In this document: positions 60,199 to 64,000 of the stretch, piece after piece
How positions within the stretch are numbered: the stretch's first letter is position 1
Layout of the letters: every line of letters begins with the position of its first letter
Assembly (NCBI GenBank): GCA_963667035.1
Contig: OY762964.1
Location: forward strand, 2,080,001-2,144,000
Source: Candidatus Cloacimonadales bacterium
Lineage (GTDB): Bacteria > Cloacimonadota > Cloacimonadia > Cloacimonadales > JAFGVF01
Direction of reading: 5' to 3'
DNA: 64,000 nt
Program-made: the position numbers and the translations under genes
The notes under the pieces: model-generated
Databases searched by the model: none
What the model was told of the DNA's origin: nothing
The model's input: the letters and a program-made list of their open reading frames with translations, nothing else

Positions 60199-62181
60199 TT
60201 AGTCAATCTTAAATTTTAAAATTCCTTTATCGGGTTCAATTTTCTCGATGCTTAATTCTACTTTATCACCTAGAGATAGTTCTTTCTCATTTATATTTAC
60301 TGTAGTTCTTTTCCCAAATGTATCTAATTCAAAGGTCACTCTACTTCTGTTCATATAAACTACAGTTGCTATAAAAGATGTTTCTAAACAAAATTTCTGT
60401 AAATATTTTAAGTACCAATAATTGGATGATTCCTGATACATTGCCCTATGTTTCTTAGTTATCTCTTCTACTTCAGCAATAATGCTAAACAATTCTTCAT
60501 TGGAATATGATAATTCATCATCCAAGAGAAATGCAGACACCTGTCTTTGAACAACTAAATCAGCATACCTTCTTATAGGACAACTCAACTGTGAATATGC
60601 ATCGATTCCTAGTCCACTATGCTCAGATGGAGCTGTAGAGATTCTTGAAGGACGAATAAATCTTATCAATCTATCAGTGACAACAGGGTCATAAGTTGAG
60701 TTATCACCTAGTTCAGGAATCGGATGTTCAGGTTTATCTTGAACACGATAAATACTGGGGATATTGTTATCTCTACAGAATTGGCCTGCAAGATTGTTAA
60801 TAAATATCATCAACTCACCTATTAATCTTCTACTACGAGACCAACGATTGATGTTATTTATTAATATATCATTCTCTTCCACTTTAAGCTGAACTTCAGG
60901 TCTAAGAATTTCTATTGCTCCATTCTCGAATCGTTTCTTTCTCATCATAATGCATAGTTCCTCAATCCTTAGTAAAGCTAGAGCTAACTCACCTTCTCCT
61001 GAATCAAGTAGTTCATCGGCATAATCATAAGTAAGCTTTTTGTTTACTATTACTTCCCCTCGGTATACATTCTTTGAAAGAATTTGCTTTGTAACCATAT
61101 CATATTCTATGATATATGATAGCACCGGTCTTGCTTCATTTTCGACCAAGCTTGTATGTAAAGAGGATAGTCTGGGAGGTAGCATTGGAACTGCTCCTGT
61201 TTCAAGATAGAGAGAAGAGCAACGATCCCTTGCCGTTTTATCAAGCACTGAGTTCTTTTTTACGAAATATTGTACATCAGCAATATGAATTCCAACTGTC
61301 AGTACATTCTCATTATAATCCAAAGAGATAGCATCATCAATCTCTGTAGTTCCTGCATCATCAATACTCATACAAAGCTTATGATTTATTACTAATCTGC
61401 TTTTATCATGCTTATAAGGCACAAGAAGATCAGCTTCGCTTATCTCCTGTTTTGAGAAAGTACTAGGTAATCCGGCTAAAGCAACAAATCTGTCAGTATC
61501 TGCAGAGATGAAACCTGAACCATATAGAATCTCAATAATAATCTCATTCTCATCTTTACTTCTGTTGAGTAGTTTTAATTCGTTGGAATAGAAGTAATCA
61601 CAACGTCTAAAATGATAATTATATATATCCTGTAGCATTGAATGCTCTACAGGATCAGGTTCAATAAAAGTGTTACCAGCTATCTTAAAATAGAGAGCTT
61701 TAAGCTTATTTACATACTCACTCTTTCTGTTTTCTATCTCTATAGAATTTGCTAACTCTTCTTTTTGTTCTTGAGTCCTAGGTGTAAAAAGAAGTCCCTT
61801 TAGACGAAAACAAAGTCTATTGTCCCTAATTGCTTTAATAAGAGCTGATTTTTGCTTTGAATCTGCTACATTGAAATATATATCAGAGAGGTCATCCAAA
61901 GTGTATGTGTCAGAGTTATCTTTAACCATCTCCCAAAGAAGCTCTACGTCTATCTCATTTCGAATAACAGATATAGAGCTTTCGTATTCTTCCATTGTAT
62001 GTTTGAACTCAGATTCGTTAATTTTCTTATGTACTACAACAATTCGATTGATTGGAAACTTCTGTTTTCTTCCTTTTAGGTTTAACACATGCACTTGATT
62101 TATGTTATGCTTAATGACATAACCATATTGAAGCCCATCTGCTTCAAAGTACTCTATCATTAACCCTTCAAGGTTTTCCAA
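60199..62181 (-). CDS. RNB-domain exoribonuclease (RNase II/R family)
   Basis: SIDDAGTTEIDDA, HIADV, GELMI..N, H.GLG..Y.Q..CPIRRYADL. Confidence 0.9.
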   Translation of the reverse strand: MENLEGLMIEYFEADGLQYGYVIKHNINQVHVLNLKGRKQKFPINRIVVVHKKINESEFKHTMEEYESSISVIRNEIDVELLWEMVKDNSDTYTLDDLSDIYFNVADSKQKSALIKAIRDNRLCFRLKGLLFTPRTQEQKEELANSIEIENRKSEYVNKLKALYFKIAGNTFIEPDPVEHSMLQDIYNYHFRRCDYFYSNELKLLNRSKDENEIIIEILYGSGFISADTDRFVALAGLPSTFSKQEISEADLLVPYKHDKSRLVINHKLCMSIDDAGTTEIDDAISLDYNENVLTVGIHIADVQYFVKKNSVLDKTARDRCSSLYLETGAVPMLPPRLSSLHTSLVENEARPVLSYIIEYDMVTKQILSKNVYRGEVIVNKKLTYDYADELLDSGEGELALALLRIEELCIMMRKKRFENGAIEILRPEVQLKVEENDILINNINRWSRSRRLIGELMIFINNLAGQFCRDNNIPSIYRVQDKPEHPIPELGDNSTYDPVVTDRLIRFIRPSRISTAPSEHSGLGIDAYSQLSCPIRRYADLVVQRQVSAFLLDDELSYSNEELFSIIAEVEEITKKHRAMYQESSNYWYLKYLQKFCLETSFIATVVYMNRSRVTFELDTFGKRTTVNINEKELSLGDKVELSIEKIEPDKGILKFKID

Positions 62182-63450
62182 CTAAATCCCCCAATCAACA
62201 GATTTTCTTTTAATTGGCATTGTCATGCATCTGCAACCGCCACCGCCCCGGGCTAATTCCGCACCATCTATTGCAACAACGAACTTTTTATATTGGTTGT
62301 GATCGACTTTACCGGCAATAAGATCTTTAGCGTTTATTATCTCATATCCATGCTTGTTAAGTTCGTCAAGTGTATGTATGTTTCTGCTATATCCCAAAAC
62401 CTTTCCAGGTCCTACTGCAAAGAAGTTTGCTCCACTATGCCATTGTTCTCTTTCTTGGGTCCATTTACTTGCCGGACCACCGCAATGGATTGGTTCAAGA
62501 TCAAAGTTCAATTCTTTTAAAGCTTCAATTAGGTTCTTCTTCGATTCAATTTCTACCTTACCATTATCAATTCTGATACATACTGTTTCCAATCGATTAG
62601 GCTTAAGAATAACCGGTTCATAAACCATGCATTCATTTGTATTGAGGAAAGTAAAAACCATATCAAGATGAATAAACGATTCGGGTTGAAGCGGAAGCTC
62701 TTGAATCACAATATTGAATTTCTCTCTCTTATGTTTGAAATACTCTATTAAATAATCTATCCCTTGAGATGTCGTTCTTCCACCTATTCCGATTACAAGA
62801 GTATCTTCTCGTGCTATAAGTACATCTCCACCTTCAATTGTAATTTTGTTTGATGGTACCTTTTTGCTACTTAAGGGATTGAACGTTCTTGTTTGAATGT
62901 GGGGATGATAGTCAAAGACTGTTTCCATAATAATAGATTCTCTTTCTCTTACCTGATTAGCCATCTTTCCAATTAGAACTTCATCAAATACAGATATTGA
63001 AGCATCTCTCATAAAGAAGAAATTATGTAAAGGTTTCAAGCTATATTTCTCTTTGCTTAAGAATTCAGTTAAGTTATTCTTCTTCATTATAACACCTTCA
63101 AACAATTGACGGGTCAACTCTTCAGGTCCGAGCTTCATCAAATCATCAACTAGATTGAGTTGACATTCATAATTACATATTTTTTCAACAAGATTAAACT
63201 TAACTCTATCGTTTTTAAGTACTTGAGCAAGTAACTCTCTAATTTCGAAAGTATTGGTAAGAATATCCAATGCTCCTTTAAAATCGCTGTATTCATTATC
63301 AGCGACAGAAAGATTCAGTATGTCACTATATAATGCTCTTTCTGCATTCTGAGGAGTCATATTCTCAATCTCTCTTCCCGGACGATGAAGGATTACTCCT
63401 TCTAATTCACCTATTTCCGAGTTAACATTAACATTTATCTTTTCAGTCAT
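62182..63450 (-). CDS. arcA: Arginine deiminase
   Basis: V.SEIG.L, FFMRD, IEGGD, HLDMVF, REQW..GAN, ELARGGGGCRCMTMP. Confidence 0.93.
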   Translation of the reverse strand: MTEKINVNVNSEIGELEGVILHRPGREIENMTPQNAERALYSDILNLSVADNEYSDFKGALDILTNTFEIRELLAQVLKNDRVKFNLVEKICNYECQLNLVDDLMKLGPEELTRQLFEGVIMKKNNLTEFLSKEKYSLKPLHNFFFMRDASISVFDEVLIGKMANQVRERESIIMETVFDYHPHIQTRTFNPLSSKKVPSNKITIEGGDVLIAREDTLVIGIGGRTTSQGIDYLIEYFKHKREKFNIVIQELPLQPESFIHLDMVFTFLNTNECMVYEPVILKPNRLETVCIRIDNGKVEIESKKNLIEALKELNFDLEPIHCGGPASKWTQEREQWHSGANFFAVGPGKVLGYSRNIHTLDELNKHGYEIINAKDLIAGKVDHNQYKKFVVAIDGAELARGGGGCRCMTMPIKRKSVDWGI

Positions 63451-63748
63451 CACTTCTCCAAGATTATTTATGATTTCAAACTTTCGTCAACGCTCCTTAT
63501 GTCAATGGTTTTATCCTGTTGAAATGCCACGGTTTCTCATACTAAGCTGCAATCATTACTTAATATGGTCTTGTTGCGTATAATATATGAAATCAATACA
63601 ATAGATATCCACATTATTTACTTCTATGAATTCTCCCACATCTGTGATGTATATCTGAGAAGGTGGATTTGTTAATTATGAAAGATGTGACTTATGGGTT
63701 TACTATATGTTTATAGAAGGTAACTGGTATAAAGGCATAGCTTTTTAA

Positions 63749-64000
63749 CTAATAATTGTATCCGATATTTATGAAGCCTGAATAGTCTGTATAAATATCA
63801 TTCTTTTGAAGCGATAAGTTTATTGCTCCCAGAATTGTTCTGACGCCTAGGTCAAGACTTCCACCCAAGAGACCATCTTTTCCTCTTAGTAGGTCATCAA
63901 CGTCATCTTTTACTTCAGCGTAATAACTGTTTGCACTTAAATACAAGAAGCTATTGAATCCGTATTGAATACCAAACTTACCCACATATACGTTATTTCC
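63749..64000 (-). CDS. C-terminal part of an outer-membrane beta-barrel protein (truncated by window edge)
   Basis: T.LGAI.LS...FINIGYNY terminal aromatic beta-signal. Confidence 0.6.
   Translation of the reverse strand, partial: GNNVYVGKFGIQYGFNSFLYLSANSYYAEVKDDVDDLLRGKDGLLGGSLDLGVRTILGAINLSLQKNDIYTDYSGFINIGYNY

Noticed and set aside
295..62623. Numerous 60-125 aa ORFs antisense to or nested in long genes
   Set aside because: Shadow ORFs of well-supported genes with no independent motifs.

Overview
AT-rich bacterial chromosomal window. The genes point to an anaerobe of the FCB group, most plausibly Cloacimonadota. This is an inference from YPNPFNP-type T9SS sorting domains, PPDK and bacterial GatDE. 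Most of the window is housekeeping: ppdK 3' part, dusB, two TrmH methylases, glmM/PMM, hisC-like, IMPase, murB, DnaQ-DinG, relA/spoT, htpG, gatED, RNase II, arcA. It also carries an 8-gene surface-polysaccharide cluster next to tRNA-Pro(GGG), GH38/GH20 glycosidases and a SNF2 helicase. The best signals are ones the ORF track misses. (1) Two split ORFs at 22508-23524 are one reading frame broken only by an in-frame TGA in a C-L-S-U (CxxU) motif, followed by a SECIS-like GGUC-loop hairpin. This suggests a secreted, T9SS-tagged selenoprotein whose redox motif sits in a non-thioredoxin-looking domain. (2) Three intergenic elements are built of 11-bp-phased degenerate repeats arranged as inverted arms. 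(3) A second T9SS protein is split from its sorting domain by one in-frame TAG. (4) An archaeal-type GatDE pair is present. (5) There is a sigma54 promoter with UAS- and IHF-like sites, a CIRCE-like operator at htpG, an IS3 scar and an unassigned minus-strand structured RNA candidate. All functional calls come from motif recognition, with no database searches.
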